Source of the DNA: Chloroflexota bacterium
GTDB taxonomy: Bacteria; Chloroflexota; Dehalococcoidia; Lucifugimonadales; GCA-002723415
Direction of reading: 5' to 3'
NCBI GenBank assembly: GCA_002721445.1
Contig: PBKN01000012.1
Location: forward strand, 8,362 to 72,361
Length of the DNA: 64,000 bases
In this document: in pieces, positions 1 through 10,233 of the stretch
How the letters are laid out: every line of letters starts with the position of its first letter
How positions within the stretch are numbered: the stretch's first letter is position 1
Program-made: the position numbers and the translations under genes
The notes under the pieces: model-generated
What the model was told of the DNA's origin: nothing
Seen by the model: only the letters and a program-made list of their open reading frames with translations
The model's database searches: none

Positions 1-1494
1 CCTTACAGAGTATCAGCTCATGGCTTTGGAGAAAGATACGACCTCCCAATTCCTTTAAATTATTTTTTGATCGGAAGCTCACTCACAATAATAATTTCAT
101 TTATATTAATTGGTATATTTATAAAACAAAAAAATATAGCTAATTTATTTCATGAAAACCTTGACCCATATAAAAAGCAAAATTTTTTATCTAGAAAATT
201 AGCATTCAATAAATTTTCAAAAATACTAATCAATTTATTAAAAACTGTCTCAGTTATATTATTTTTACTCACTATTATTTCAGGTTCTATTGGAAATCAA
301 GACCCATATAAAAATTTTTCAGTCACATTTGTATGGATTATTTGGTGGGTAGGATTGGGATATATAAATGCGATTATTGGAGATGTTTGGAACATCATAA
401 ATCCATGGAAAATAATATTTGAATTTTTTGAGAATAATTTTAAACATTCCAAAAATTACTACCCTATATATAAATATCCAAAAAAGCTGGATGCCTGGCC
501 TTCAGTAATTTTATTTTTATTATTTGCATGGTTTGAAAATATTTTTGACACATCTACACCGTATAAATTAAGTAACTTAATTATTATCTATTCTATAATT
601 ACTTGGACAGGCATGATACTTTATGGCAAATACGCATGGATTGAATACGCTGACCCATTTTCAAAATTCTTCAAAATAATGTCAAAATTCTCTATTACAG
701 AAATTAAAATTCTAGACACAAACAATTGCAAATTATGTGAATTTAATTGTATCGAAAATAACGAATGCATAGATTGCTACTCATGCCAAGAAACTTCTTC
801 TAAAAAAAATAAAAGATTAAAATTCAGATTCCCTGGTATGGGTTTAATAAAAACACAAAATATTACTATGGCTACATCTATATTTGTACTTTGCCAACTT
901 GCTACAGTATCATTTGATGGTATAGTTGAAACTCCATTTTGGGTAACAATACAAATTCATATTTTTTCTGCTGTATCTGTATTTGGACCAAATACAGTTG
1001 CAAATATTAATACTTTAGGATTAATATTATTTCCAATAGTTTTTATCATGTTATATGGTATTTTTATATGGTATATATATATATATTCAGGAAAATCATT
1101 AGATGCAATATATATATTTAAAAAATTCACATTATCTCTTATTCCTATAGCATTAGCTTACCACTTTGCTCATTATTTAAGTTATATACTTATTCAAGGT
1201 CAATATATAATACCTTTATTATCTGACCCTTTCGGAAATGGTTTGAATATTATTGGGACTGCAAATAATACAATTAATATATCTATCATTAATGCAAAAA
1301 TAGCTTGGTTTATATCACTTATTTCTATAATATCTGGACATATAATTTCTATATTTGTTGCACATATAATAGCATTGAAAATTTTTAAAAATCAAAATAT
1401 AGCTATTCGAAGTCAATACCCAATGTTATTTCTAATGGTATTTTATACTGCTTTAAGTCTATGGATCATAGCTCAACCTATAGTAGAAAGTTAA
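1..1494 (+). CDS. Polytopic membrane protein of unknown family, 5'-truncated by window edge
   Basis: Frame 1 is open from base 1. PYRVSAHGFGERYDLPIPLNYF precedes the TTG at 67 where the ORF track starts, so the gene begins upstream of the window. Many hydrophobic segments. Central Cys6 loop CKLCEFNCIENNECIDCYSC (nt 727-786). No family recognised. Confidence 0.6.
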   Translation, partial: PYRVSAHGFGERYDLPIPLNYFLIGSSLTIIISFILIGIFIKQKNIANLFHENLDPYKKQNFLSRKLAFNKFSKILINLLKTVSVILFLLTIISGSIGNQDPYKNFSVTFVWIIWWVGLGYINAIIGDVWNIINPWKIIFEFFENNFKHSKNYYPIYKYPKKLDAWPSVILFLLFAWFENIFDTSTPYKLSNLIIIYSIITWTGMILYGKYAWIEYADPFSKFFKIMSKFSITEIKILDTNNCKLCEFNCIENNECIDCYSCQETSSKKNKRLKFRFPGMGLIKTQNITMATSIFVLCQLATVSFDGIVETPFWVTIQIHIFSAVSVFGPNTVANINTLGLILFPIVFIMLYGIFIWYIYIYSGKSLDAIYIFKKFTLSLIPIALAYHFAHYLSYILIQGQYIIPLLSDPFGNGLNIIGTANNTINISIINAKIAWFISLISIISGHIISIFVAHIIALKIFKNQNIAIRSQYPMLFLMVFYTALSLWIIAQPIVES

Positions 1495-2486
1495 GCACAA
1501 GAAGGATCGCTAGAATCCCATCTATTATAGCTTTGCTCTTCACCAATGCTTAAATTTTGTCTTGCTTTTATCCAGCTTTCAGCCCAAGCTACAGGGTCAT
1601 GTAACTCACTACTAGGGTTTTTCTTGCTTCTTGCAACAAAACCTGGAAATGTATCTCTACCAGTCGGTTCCCCAATTGGATTATATCTTAAATCAAGACT
1701 CCAACGAATTCTATTACTTTTATTTGGTAATGAACCATGACATGTCATTTTATTTAATAGTAAAATACTTCCTCTTTTCATTGGAATAGGAATAGCATCA
1801 TTTACTCGAAAAAGTTTATCAGGAATATGCAACCCAAAACCACCTCTTGCATCTTTAAGAATTGATTGAGGACAATGAGTTTTCAGACCTTCTATATGAC
1901 TTTCTGGGACCACATGTAAACATCCATCTCTTTCAGCAGCATCCCATATAGGTATCCATACTGTTAACATATTTGTCTCATCTGCATCTGCATTAGCAAC
2001 CCCATTATCCTGGTGCCAAGGAGTAGCACCTAATTGAACAGTTTTAGTACCAGCATGAACCGGAGTTCTATTCTCAGGAGGTTTTAATCTGACATGTTGT
2101 ATTGGATTTGAATAAATTTCAGGACCTATTATATCTTCTACAACATCTAATATGGATGGGCTTGATAAAACATTAAAAACTGCAGGCCCATGCCACATAG
2201 GTGTATCTATTTTTATACCATTTTGAGGTAAGGAAAAATCAAAATATTGAGCATGAATTTTACCTGATTCTTCACATATCTTCGTTAATCTTTCACTGAA
2301 ATTATCATCTTTATACTTAGAGCTAATTAAACCTTTATCATATAAATCATTAGCTAGAAAATCTAAAACCATTTTATACTCATTTATTAATGGATCTAAA
2401 ACAGCTTCTGGATCCAATACATCTTCTACTATTAGATAACCTTGTTTATTAAAAGTATCAATTTCATTATTATTTAAAAAAGTCAT
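1491..2486 (-). CDS. Fe(II)/2-oxoglutarate dioxygenase, phytanoyl-CoA dioxygenase (PhyH) family
   Basis: 331 aa. N-terminal FNKQGYLIVEDVL, HxD motif in TPWHQDNG and distal HGSLPN are typical of the PhyH family. Its stop shares a TTAA with the convergent upstream gene. Confidence 0.8.
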   Translation of the reverse strand: MTFLNNNEIDTFNKQGYLIVEDVLDPEAVLDPLINEYKMVLDFLANDLYDKGLISSKYKDDNFSERLTKICEESGKIHAQYFDFSLPQNGIKIDTPMWHGPAVFNVLSSPSILDVVEDIIGPEIYSNPIQHVRLKPPENRTPVHAGTKTVQLGATPWHQDNGVANADADETNMLTVWIPIWDAAERDGCLHVVPESHIEGLKTHCPQSILKDARGGFGLHIPDKLFRVNDAIPIPMKRGSILLLNKMTCHGSLPNKSNRIRWSLDLRYNPIGEPTGRDTFPGFVARSKKNPSSELHDPVAWAESWIKARQNLSIGEEQSYNRWDSSDPSCA

Positions 2487-2584
2487 AGATTTAACTCCTT
2501 AAAAATTAAGAAAATAATTTTAAATATATTACAATGTATTTAAAATTATTACAATAATTGACCTATCATCAAATTAATCGTATT

Positions 2585-2608
2585 TTATAATTGTTTTAAC
2601 AATTATAA
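2585..2608. promoter_or_regulatory. 24-bp palindrome (11-bp perfect arms, 2-nt centre), candidate operator or 5'-UTR hairpin upstream of hyuA
   Basis: TTATAATTGTT-TT-AACAATTATAA read directly. It ends 2 nt before the GAAGGTG Shine-Dalgarno of the CDS starting at 2622. It lies in the divergent PhyH/hyuA spacer. Confidence 0.3.
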
Positions 2609-2621
2609 CCGAAGGTGAAAA

Positions 2622-4715
2622 ATGGAATCTTTTAGAATAGGAGTAGATATTGGAGGAACATTTACAGATATTGTGTTCTTAGGTGATAAAGGTACTGTTT
2701 TAATAAAAAAAGTAGCGAGTACTCCGCAGGATTACAGTAATTCTGTAATTCAAGGAATATCAGAAGGCATTAAAGAACTTAATATCAATTCTTCTGATAT
2801 CACAGAAATTAATCATGGATTTACAGTAGCAACTAATGCCATATTAGAAGGTAAAGGCGAGCGAATAGCTTTAATTACAACAAAAGGCTTTAGGGATGTA
2901 TTAGAAATTGCACGATTGCGTACCCCTAGATTATATGATCTGTATTATCAAAAACCTACCCCAATAGTAGAAAGAAGGTTACGTTTTGAAATAGACGAAC
3001 GTGTCAATTTCAAAGGTGAAATACTTAAAGATTTAGACTATAACTCCTTAAAATTAATAACTAAAAATATTCAATCAGAAAAAATTCAATCCGTAGCAAT
3101 TTGCCTTTTACATTCATATGCAAATTCAAAACATGAATTAGAAATTTCTAATTTTTTAAAATCCCATATACCTAATATTAATTTATCTGTTTCTAGTGAA
3201 ATACTTCCTGAAATGCGCGAATATGAAAGAACAAGTACTACTGTTATAAATGCTTATATCAGACCAGTTGTAAAAGATTATTTAGAAAACCTTAACAATC
3301 AACTTGCAAATCTAGGTTTTAAAGTTCCTCTTACTATTATGCAATCAAATGGAGGATTATCTCCTGTAAATCTTGCGATAGAAAAACCTATCTTTTGTAT
3401 TGAATCAGGTCCTGCTGCTGGAGTAGTAGGAGCTTTTCATTTAGGTAATCATATTGGAACAGAAAACTTCATGACTTTTGATATGGGTGGAACAACTGCT
3501 AAGGCATCTATTATTGAAAATGGAGAAATGCTATTAGCACCTGAATATGAAGTCGGAGGGGGTATGAGTGCAGGACATAGGCTGTTAAAAGGATCAGGTT
3601 ACATGCTAAGAGTACCATCAATTGATATAGCTGAAGTTAGCTCTGGAGGAGGTAGTATAGCCTGGATAGATAAAGCTGAAGCACTACAAATAGGACCTCA
3701 AAGCTCAGGTGCTGATCCAGGACCAGCATGCTATGACAAAGGAGGAAATAACCCTACAGTTACTGATGCAAATGTAATATTAGGTTATTTGAACCCTAAA
3801 AACTTATTAGGTGGAAATTTCCTTATTAATTCAAGTAAAGCACAAAAAATAATCTCAGAAAATATTAGTGCCCCCCTAGGCATATCTGAAATCGAATCAG
3901 CTTGGGGAATACATATTCTAGTAAATTCAAATATGGGTAGAGCATTGAGAGCAGTATCTAGCGAAAGAGGAAGGGATCCACGTAAATTTACATTAGTTGC
4001 ATTCGGTGGTGGAGGGCCTATTCACGCTACAGGAATAGCTGAAAGCTTAGGAATAACAAAAATATTAATCCCACCCTCACCTGGAGTTTTTAGTGCTTTT
4101 GGCTTGTTATTTGCAAACGTAGAATATCATCTAGTAAAAACTTATTTTAACCCATTAAGTAACTTAAAATTAAAAGAAGCCAACGGAGTACTAGATAAAT
4201 TAATATCTCAAGGAAAAGAATTATTAATTTCTGAAGGATTTAATTCTCTGCAACAAGAGATAATAATACAATTAGATATGAAATATATTGGACAAACTTC
4301 AGAATTGACAATCAGGATGCCCGACCAATCCTTTACAATTGAATCTATTAATAAGATTCAAGAAATTTACATGAATGAACATGACAAAACTTTTGGATAC
4401 AGAGTTGATGAACCTATGCAATTAGTTAACATTCGAATAATTGCTAGAGGTATATCAAGTGAATCCAGAGTTCCTGATAAAATTAATTCTTCTAATAAAA
4501 TTAATCAAAGTAAAAATGACAATAAACGAAAGGTTTATTTTGGTCAAAATATTGGATGGATTAATACTAATATTGTTGATAGATTATTTTTAAATAAAAA
4601 GCCTCATAAAGGCCCAATAATTATAGAGGAATATGATTCAACTACTATCGTACCACCGAATTGGAATGCATCATTAGATTCAATGAATAATATTATACTA
4701 GAAAAAACCAATTAA
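2622..4715 (+). CDS. hyuA: Hydantoinase/oxoprolinase family, A (HyuA-like) subunit
   Basis: 697 aa. N-terminal GVDIGGTFTDIV and FDMGGTTAK ATPase (ASKHA-type) motifs. Size and order match HyuA. Strong SD GAAGGTGA. Confidence 0.85.
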   Translation: MESFRIGVDIGGTFTDIVFLGDKGTVLIKKVASTPQDYSNSVIQGISEGIKELNINSSDITEINHGFTVATNAILEGKGERIALITTKGFRDVLEIARLRTPRLYDLYYQKPTPIVERRLRFEIDERVNFKGEILKDLDYNSLKLITKNIQSEKIQSVAICLLHSYANSKHELEISNFLKSHIPNINLSVSSEILPEMREYERTSTTVINAYIRPVVKDYLENLNNQLANLGFKVPLTIMQSNGGLSPVNLAIEKPIFCIESGPAAGVVGAFHLGNHIGTENFMTFDMGGTTAKASIIENGEMLLAPEYEVGGGMSAGHRLLKGSGYMLRVPSIDIAEVSSGGGSIAWIDKAEALQIGPQSSGADPGPACYDKGGNNPTVTDANVILGYLNPKNLLGGNFLINSSKAQKIISENISAPLGISEIESAWGIHILVNSNMGRALRAVSSERGRDPRKFTLVAFGGGGPIHATGIAESLGITKILIPPSPGVFSAFGLLFANVEYHLVKTYFNPLSNLKLKEANGVLDKLISQGKELLISEGFNSLQQEIIIQLDMKYIGQTSELTIRMPDQSFTIESINKIQEIYMNEHDKTFGYRVDEPMQLVNIRIIARGISSESRVPDKINSSNKINQSKNDNKRKVYFGQNIGWINTNIVDRLFLNKKPHKGPIIIEEYDSTTIVPPNWNASLDSMNNIILEKTN

Positions 4716-4739
4716 AATAAATTTGAATGTGAGGTATTG

Positions 4740-6539
4740 ATGAATAAACCTGAAGCTTTTGATTCAGTAACGAGGGAAATAATAAAAAATTATCTATCTA
4801 GCGCAGCTGACACAATGGCAGTAACAGTAGTAAGAACAGCTAGATCTGCTGTTGTAAAAGATGGAATGGATTTTTCTACCGCAATATTTACTGCTGAAGG
4901 GGATCAAGTAGCTCAAGGATTAACATTACCTTTTCATATGGGAGCTATGCAACCAGCTTTAAAAGCTGTAATCGATTACTTTGGTAAAGATATTAAAGAC
5001 GGAGATATATTTGCAAATAATGACCCTTATGAAGGTGCTAGTCATTTACCTGATATTTTCTTATTTAAACCAATATTCTATAACAATATTTTAGTTGCTT
5101 GGACATGTGTGATTGCGCACCATACCGACATTGGAGGTAGAGTTGCAGGAGGAAATGCTTGTGATAATACTGAAATTTATCAAGAAGGACTAAGAATACC
5201 TCCAATCAAATTAATCGAACAAGGATCTATAAACAACGCTGTATGGCGAATACTGCAAAAAAATGTACGCGTTCCTGATATGGTAATAGGTGATGTTCTA
5301 GCACAAATTTCAGCACTAAAACAAGGTGAAAGAGATGTTATTCATCTAATTGATGAATATGGTATTGAAAATATGAAAGTCTATATGACAGATATAATTG
5401 ATTATACTGAACGATTAACTAGAGCTGAAATAAAAGCACTTCCTGATGGCAGTTGGGATTTTACAGATTATATTGACGATGACGGAATTTCAACTGACCC
5501 TATAGCTATTAAAGCTAAAGTTACTATAAAAAATGATGAATTACATGTAGATTTTACAGGTACATCACCTCAAGCTAAAGGTTCTATAAACCCTACTCTA
5601 CCTTTTACTAAAGCTGCAGTTTATACAGTATTCAAAAATTTAACTAACCCAGATATAACTGCAAATACTGGATTTTTTAGGCCTATTAAAGTTACTGCAC
5701 CTCCTGGATGTTATGTAAATGCGCAACATCCTGCTCCTGTAGCTGCTAGAGGTTTGGGAGGATTCAGAGTAGCCCATACAGTTTTTGGAGCTATGGCAAA
5801 AGCTTTACCTAATAAAGTCCCAGGTGCTTGGGGAGGTGGAGAAGTAGCTGTAAGTTTTGGAGGTTATTACCCTAATGGTAAAGCTTTTGTATTTGTAGAA
5901 TTTAACAATGATGGTCCAAGAGGTGGTGGGCCTCACGTAGATGGTGCAGATGGCGCAGCTGCTCCAGTCACCAACCAAGCAAATACTCCTATAGAAAGCA
6001 TAGAAGCTAATTACCCTTTACAAATTAATAGGTATGGATTTATAAAAAATACTGAGGGAGCTGGTGAATATAGAGGTGGCATGGGAATTGTTAGAGAATT
6101 CCAATTGTTACATGAAGAAGCAACTCTTCAAATCAGATCAGATCGAAGCAAGTTTTTACCTTGGGGTAATCAAGGTGGCCACCCTGGGACAAGAAATTTC
6201 AACATACTTAATCCTAGCTCAGATAATACTTTATTACCTTCAAAATTCCTTAAAACACTGAAAAAAGATGAAGTTTACAGATTAATTCAATCAGGTGGGG
6301 GTGGTTATGGCAACCCTATTAATAGAAATCCTAAATCTGTATTAAAGGACTTTTTAGAAGAAAAAATTACATCTAAACGAGCTAAAGACATATATGGTGT
6401 AGTAATTAATAAAAATAAAATCAATACTAACGCAACAAAACTTTTAAGAGATAAATTAAAGAAAAATATTAAAAAAACCAAACTAACCCCAGAAGCAACT
6501 CCTGTAGTCGGAAATTCAAAACCACCATTATTTAATTAG
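4740..6539 (+). CDS. hyuB: Hydantoinase/oxoprolinase family, B (HyuB-like) subunit
   Basis: About 599 aa. NDPYEGASHLPDI motif typical of HyuB/oxoprolinase. ATG at 4740 sits 5 nt after GAGG; the TTG at 4737 from the track is too close to the SD. Confidence 0.85.
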   Translation: MNKPEAFDSVTREIIKNYLSSAADTMAVTVVRTARSAVVKDGMDFSTAIFTAEGDQVAQGLTLPFHMGAMQPALKAVIDYFGKDIKDGDIFANNDPYEGASHLPDIFLFKPIFYNNILVAWTCVIAHHTDIGGRVAGGNACDNTEIYQEGLRIPPIKLIEQGSINNAVWRILQKNVRVPDMVIGDVLAQISALKQGERDVIHLIDEYGIENMKVYMTDIIDYTERLTRAEIKALPDGSWDFTDYIDDDGISTDPIAIKAKVTIKNDELHVDFTGTSPQAKGSINPTLPFTKAAVYTVFKNLTNPDITANTGFFRPIKVTAPPGCYVNAQHPAPVAARGLGGFRVAHTVFGAMAKALPNKVPGAWGGGEVAVSFGGYYPNGKAFVFVEFNNDGPRGGGPHVDGADGAAAPVTNQANTPIESIEANYPLQINRYGFIKNTEGAGEYRGGMGIVREFQLLHEEATLQIRSDRSKFLPWGNQGGHPGTRNFNILNPSSDNTLLPSKFLKTLKKDEVYRLIQSGGGGYGNPINRNPKSVLKDFLEEKITSKRAKDIYGVVINKNKINTNATKLLRDKLKKNIKKTKLTPEATPVVGNSKPPLFN

Positions 6540-6623
6540 CATAAATTTATATCTATGATATAGAGTATTGTGTTATAATACTGCTTGCTTAAACCCTCTA
6601 TTTTTTAATTAAAAAAGACATAT

Positions 6624-7598
6624 ATGATAGGAGACAATGTGGCTATTTCACAAGAATTAAAAATCGTGACTGGTAATTCTCATCGTTCATTAGCTAATGA
6701 AATTTGTAAATACTTAGACACAACGCTTAGTGACTGTGAAGTTTTTAAATTTAGTAACGATAACATATTTGTAAAATATAATGAAAATATTCGAGAAAAA
6801 GATGTTTTTATTATACAATCTATATCCACTCCTGTAAGTGACCATTTAATGGAATTATTAATAATGATTGATGCTGCAAAAAGAGCTTCTGCAGGTAGAA
6901 TTACAGCAGTAATGCCATATTTCGCGTACGGAAGAAGTGATAAAAAAGACCAACCTAGAGTACCTATAACTGCAAGATTAATCGCAAACTTAATTACTGT
7001 AGCTGGAGCAGATAGAGTACTTACAATGGATCTTCATGCAGGTCAAATTCAAGGTTTTTTTAATATTCCGGTTGATGAACTTAGCGCTGTACCAATTTTA
7101 GCCCAAGATTTTAAGGAAAATGGCCCAACAAACTCAGTAGTTGCTGCTACAGACGTTGGGGATGCAAAAAGAGCCAGGAATACTGCAGATATATTGAAAA
7201 TGCCGATCGCAATAGTGGAAAAACAAAGATTAGGTAATGAAGAAAAAATTGGATCAGGAACATTAATTGGAAAAGTTAAAGGATTAAATTCTATTATTAT
7301 TGATGATGAAATAGGAACTGGAGGTACAGTTATTTCAGCAGCAAATATTTTAAAAGAAAATGGTGCAAAAGATATTTATTGCTATGTAACACATCCAGTT
7401 TTATCAGGAAATGCTGCAAAATTAATATCTGATAGCGTAATAAAAAATCTAGTAATAACAAACACATTACCAATTACAAAAAAACAAACTTCTGACAAAT
7501 TAAGAACTGTTTCAATTGCAAATTTATTTGGAGAAGCTATATTTAGAATTCACAATGGCTTATCAATTGGAGCCATGTTTAACCAAAAAATAATATAA
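6624..7598 (+). CDS. prs: Ribose-phosphate pyrophosphokinase (PRPP synthetase)
   Basis: 324 aa. DLHAGQIQGFF, YFAYGRSDKK and DDEIGTGGT motifs. Alternative GTG start at 6639 after AGGAG. Confidence 0.95.
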   Translation: MIGDNVAISQELKIVTGNSHRSLANEICKYLDTTLSDCEVFKFSNDNIFVKYNENIREKDVFIIQSISTPVSDHLMELLIMIDAAKRASAGRITAVMPYFAYGRSDKKDQPRVPITARLIANLITVAGADRVLTMDLHAGQIQGFFNIPVDELSAVPILAQDFKENGPTNSVVAATDVGDAKRARNTADILKMPIAIVEKQRLGNEEKIGSGTLIGKVKGLNSIIIDDEIGTGGTVISAANILKENGAKDIYCYVTHPVLSGNAAKLISDSVIKNLVITNTLPITKKQTSDKLRTVSIANLFGEAIFRIHNGLSIGAMFNQKII

Positions 7599-7635
7599 TA
7601 ATTATTTATCCATTAAGGATAAGGAGAAATTCTAA

Positions 7636-10212
7636 TTGAAATGGCTGACTAATCTATTTGGTGATTCTAATGACAAATTAATAGAAAAAATGCGTATTAC
7701 TGTTGACGAAATAAACAGTAAAGAGCAAAGTTTTTCTAATTTATCTGAAATAGATTTAAAAAACTATACTTCTAAATTAAAAAATTCTATAAAAACAAAA
7801 TCTCTTAACATAGAAGATGTTTTAATAGAAGCTTTTTCCTTAGTAAGAGAAGCATCTAAAAGATCACTAAATCAAAGACACTTTAATGTTCAATTGTTAG
7901 GTGGGATCACCTTGCATCAAGGTAAAATTGCAGAAATGAAAACTGGAGAAGGTAAAACTTTAGTATCAACATTAGCTACATACCTAAATGCTTTAGAAGA
8001 AAAAGGGGTTCATGTAATTACTGTTAATGATTATTTAGCTAAAAGAGATGCAGAGTGGATGGGTAAGATCTTTGACATGCTAGGATTGTCAGTTGGGGTA
8101 TTACAGCATGAAGCATCATTTATTTATAATTCTGAAGATAATGACGAAAAATTAAAACCTGTAGAAAGAAAAGATGCATATAATGCAGATATAACTTATG
8201 GAACAAATAATGAATTTGGTTTTGATTACCTTAGAGACAATATGACAAATCAATCATCTCTTAAAGTTCAAAGACCATTAAATTTTGCAATAGTCGATGA
8301 AGTAGACAACATATTGATTGATGAAGCAAGAACTCCATTAATTATAAGTGGCCCATCAAGTCAATCACCAAATGAATATTATAAATTTGCAAAAATAGTT
8401 CCTCGATTATCAATTGAAAAAGATTACACTATTGATGAAAAACATAAAAATGTATCACTCACAATTGAAGGAACAGATCAAATAGAAAAAATTTTAAATA
8501 TAGAAAATTTATATGCCCCTGACAATTTTAATTTGGTTCATTTTGTAGAAAATGCTCTAAAAGCTAATACTCTTTTTCAAAAAGATCGAGAATATGTAAT
8601 AAATGAAGGACAAATAGTATTAGTAGATGAATTTACTGGACGTCTAATGCATGGACGAAGGTATTCAGACGGACTACATCAAGCTTTAGAAGCTAAAGAA
8701 AATTTAAAAGTACAAAGAGAAACTATAACTTATGCAACAATCACTCTTCAAAACTATTTTAGAATGTATCCAAAATTATCTGGTATGACTGGAACTGCAT
8801 CAACTGAAGCTGAAGAATTTTGGAAAATTTATAAACTAGAAGTTATAGAAATACCTACAAATAAAGATATGCTAAGAAAAGACTCATCAGATTTGATTTT
8901 CAAAGATCAAAAATCAAAAATGCAGGCAATACTTAAAGAAATAAAAATTCGTCATGAAAAAATGCAACCTATACTTATTGGCACTACAGATATAGAAAAA
9001 TCTGAAACAATAAGTAAAAGTTTAAAGAATATAGGTATTAAGCATTCTGTTTTAAATGCTAAACATCATGAAAAAGAAGCATCAATAATTGAAAATGCCG
9101 GGCAACCTGGGGCTGTTACAGTAGCTACGAATATGGCAGGAAGAGGAACAGATATAGTATTAGGAGGAAAAGATATTGATTCAAAAGAAGAATGGGAAAA
9201 ATTGCACAATAAAGTATTAGAATTAGGTGGATTACACATAATTGGTACAGAAAGACATGAATCAAGAAGGATAGACAATCAATTAAGAGGACGAGCAGGA
9301 AGACAAGGAGACCCTGGAAGTTCATCCTTTTATGTTGCTATGGATGATGAATTAATGAGAAGATTTGGTGGAGAACGAATAAAAACAGTAATGGATTGGG
9401 CAGGGATGGACTCGTCTACACCTGTTGAAAACAAGATGATAAATAGGAGTATAGAAAGTGCTCAAACAAAAGTGGAATCTCAAAATTTTGATATAAGAAA
9501 ACAATTAGTAGAATATGATGATGTAATCAATGCACAAAGGGAGATTATATATAAAGAAAGAAATAAAGTATTAGACGAAGAAGCTGATCTAAAATTAAAT
9601 ATTAATCAAATAATATTTGAAAAAATTGAAGAATTAATATCAGAGTTTATACCTGAAAACCACTCTCCAAACTGGGATCCAAATGATTTAATAAATGAAT
9701 TAAATTTGATATTCAATTCATTTATTAAATTTGAGGATAAATCTTTATTTATTTCAAAACAACCTAACGAAATAAAATCATACCTAGAAGCCCAAATTGA
9801 AAATGCATATACAGAATTAGAGAATAGATTGACTCCAGAAATTTTAAGGCAATTAGAAAAATCTATCATGCTTCAATCAATAGATAGTAATTGGGTTCAA
9901 CACTTAACAAATATAGATAATCTAAGGCAAGGTATTGGATTACATGCAGCCGGACAAAGAGATCCCCTCATTATGTACAAAAAAGAAGCCTATGAAATGT
10001 TTCAAAATCTTGAATATAAAATCAGACAAGATGTAGCATATGCCATATTTAATGTTCAATTAGCATCTAAACCAAGTAACCAAACAATAAATAAAAATTT
10101 AAATATAAATAACAAAACAAATAATCCTTTATCAAAAGGACTTAAACTAGGTAGAAATTCACCATGTCATTGTGGCAGCGGTATTAAGTATAAGAGATGT
10201 CATGGTTCTTGA
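7636..10212 (+). CDS. secA: Preprotein translocase ATPase SecA
   Basis: 858 aa. MKTGEGKT Walker A, DEVD, TNMAGRGTDI. C-terminal zinc finger CHCGSGIKYKRCHG. TTG start 9 nt after AAGGAG. Confidence 0.97.
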   Translation: MKWLTNLFGDSNDKLIEKMRITVDEINSKEQSFSNLSEIDLKNYTSKLKNSIKTKSLNIEDVLIEAFSLVREASKRSLNQRHFNVQLLGGITLHQGKIAEMKTGEGKTLVSTLATYLNALEEKGVHVITVNDYLAKRDAEWMGKIFDMLGLSVGVLQHEASFIYNSEDNDEKLKPVERKDAYNADITYGTNNEFGFDYLRDNMTNQSSLKVQRPLNFAIVDEVDNILIDEARTPLIISGPSSQSPNEYYKFAKIVPRLSIEKDYTIDEKHKNVSLTIEGTDQIEKILNIENLYAPDNFNLVHFVENALKANTLFQKDREYVINEGQIVLVDEFTGRLMHGRRYSDGLHQALEAKENLKVQRETITYATITLQNYFRMYPKLSGMTGTASTEAEEFWKIYKLEVIEIPTNKDMLRKDSSDLIFKDQKSKMQAILKEIKIRHEKMQPILIGTTDIEKSETISKSLKNIGIKHSVLNAKHHEKEASIIENAGQPGAVTVATNMAGRGTDIVLGGKDIDSKEEWEKLHNKVLELGGLHIIGTERHESRRIDNQLRGRAGRQGDPGSSSFYVAMDDELMRRFGGERIKTVMDWAGMDSSTPVENKMINRSIESAQTKVESQNFDIRKQLVEYDDVINAQREIIYKERNKVLDEEADLKLNINQIIFEKIEELISEFIPENHSPNWDPNDLINELNLIFNSFIKFEDKSLFISKQPNEIKSYLEAQIENAYTELENRLTPEILRQLEKSIMLQSIDSNWVQHLTNIDNLRQGIGLHAAGQRDPLIMYKKEAYEMFQNLEYKIRQDVAYAIFNVQLASKPSNQTINKNLNINNKTNNPLSKGLKLGRNSPCHCGSGIKYKRCHGS

Positions 10213-10233
10213 TATTTTGTAAAGAATTTTATT

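Noticed and set aside
6064-6261. 65-aa same-strand alternative-frame ORF inside hyuB
   Set aside because: It is embedded in the conserved HyuB frame and has no independent support.
6563-6584. AGTATT-N8-AATACT hairpin containing TGTTATAAT (extended -10-like) upstream of prs
   Set aside because: The 6-bp AT-only stem is weak and no T-tract follows, so it is not a terminator. TATAAT-like hexamers are too frequent in this DNA to call a promoter with confidence.
9066-9869. Three minus-strand ORFs (70, 66 and 87 aa) inside secA
   Set aside because: These are shadow ORFs antisense to a well-conserved SecA frame.
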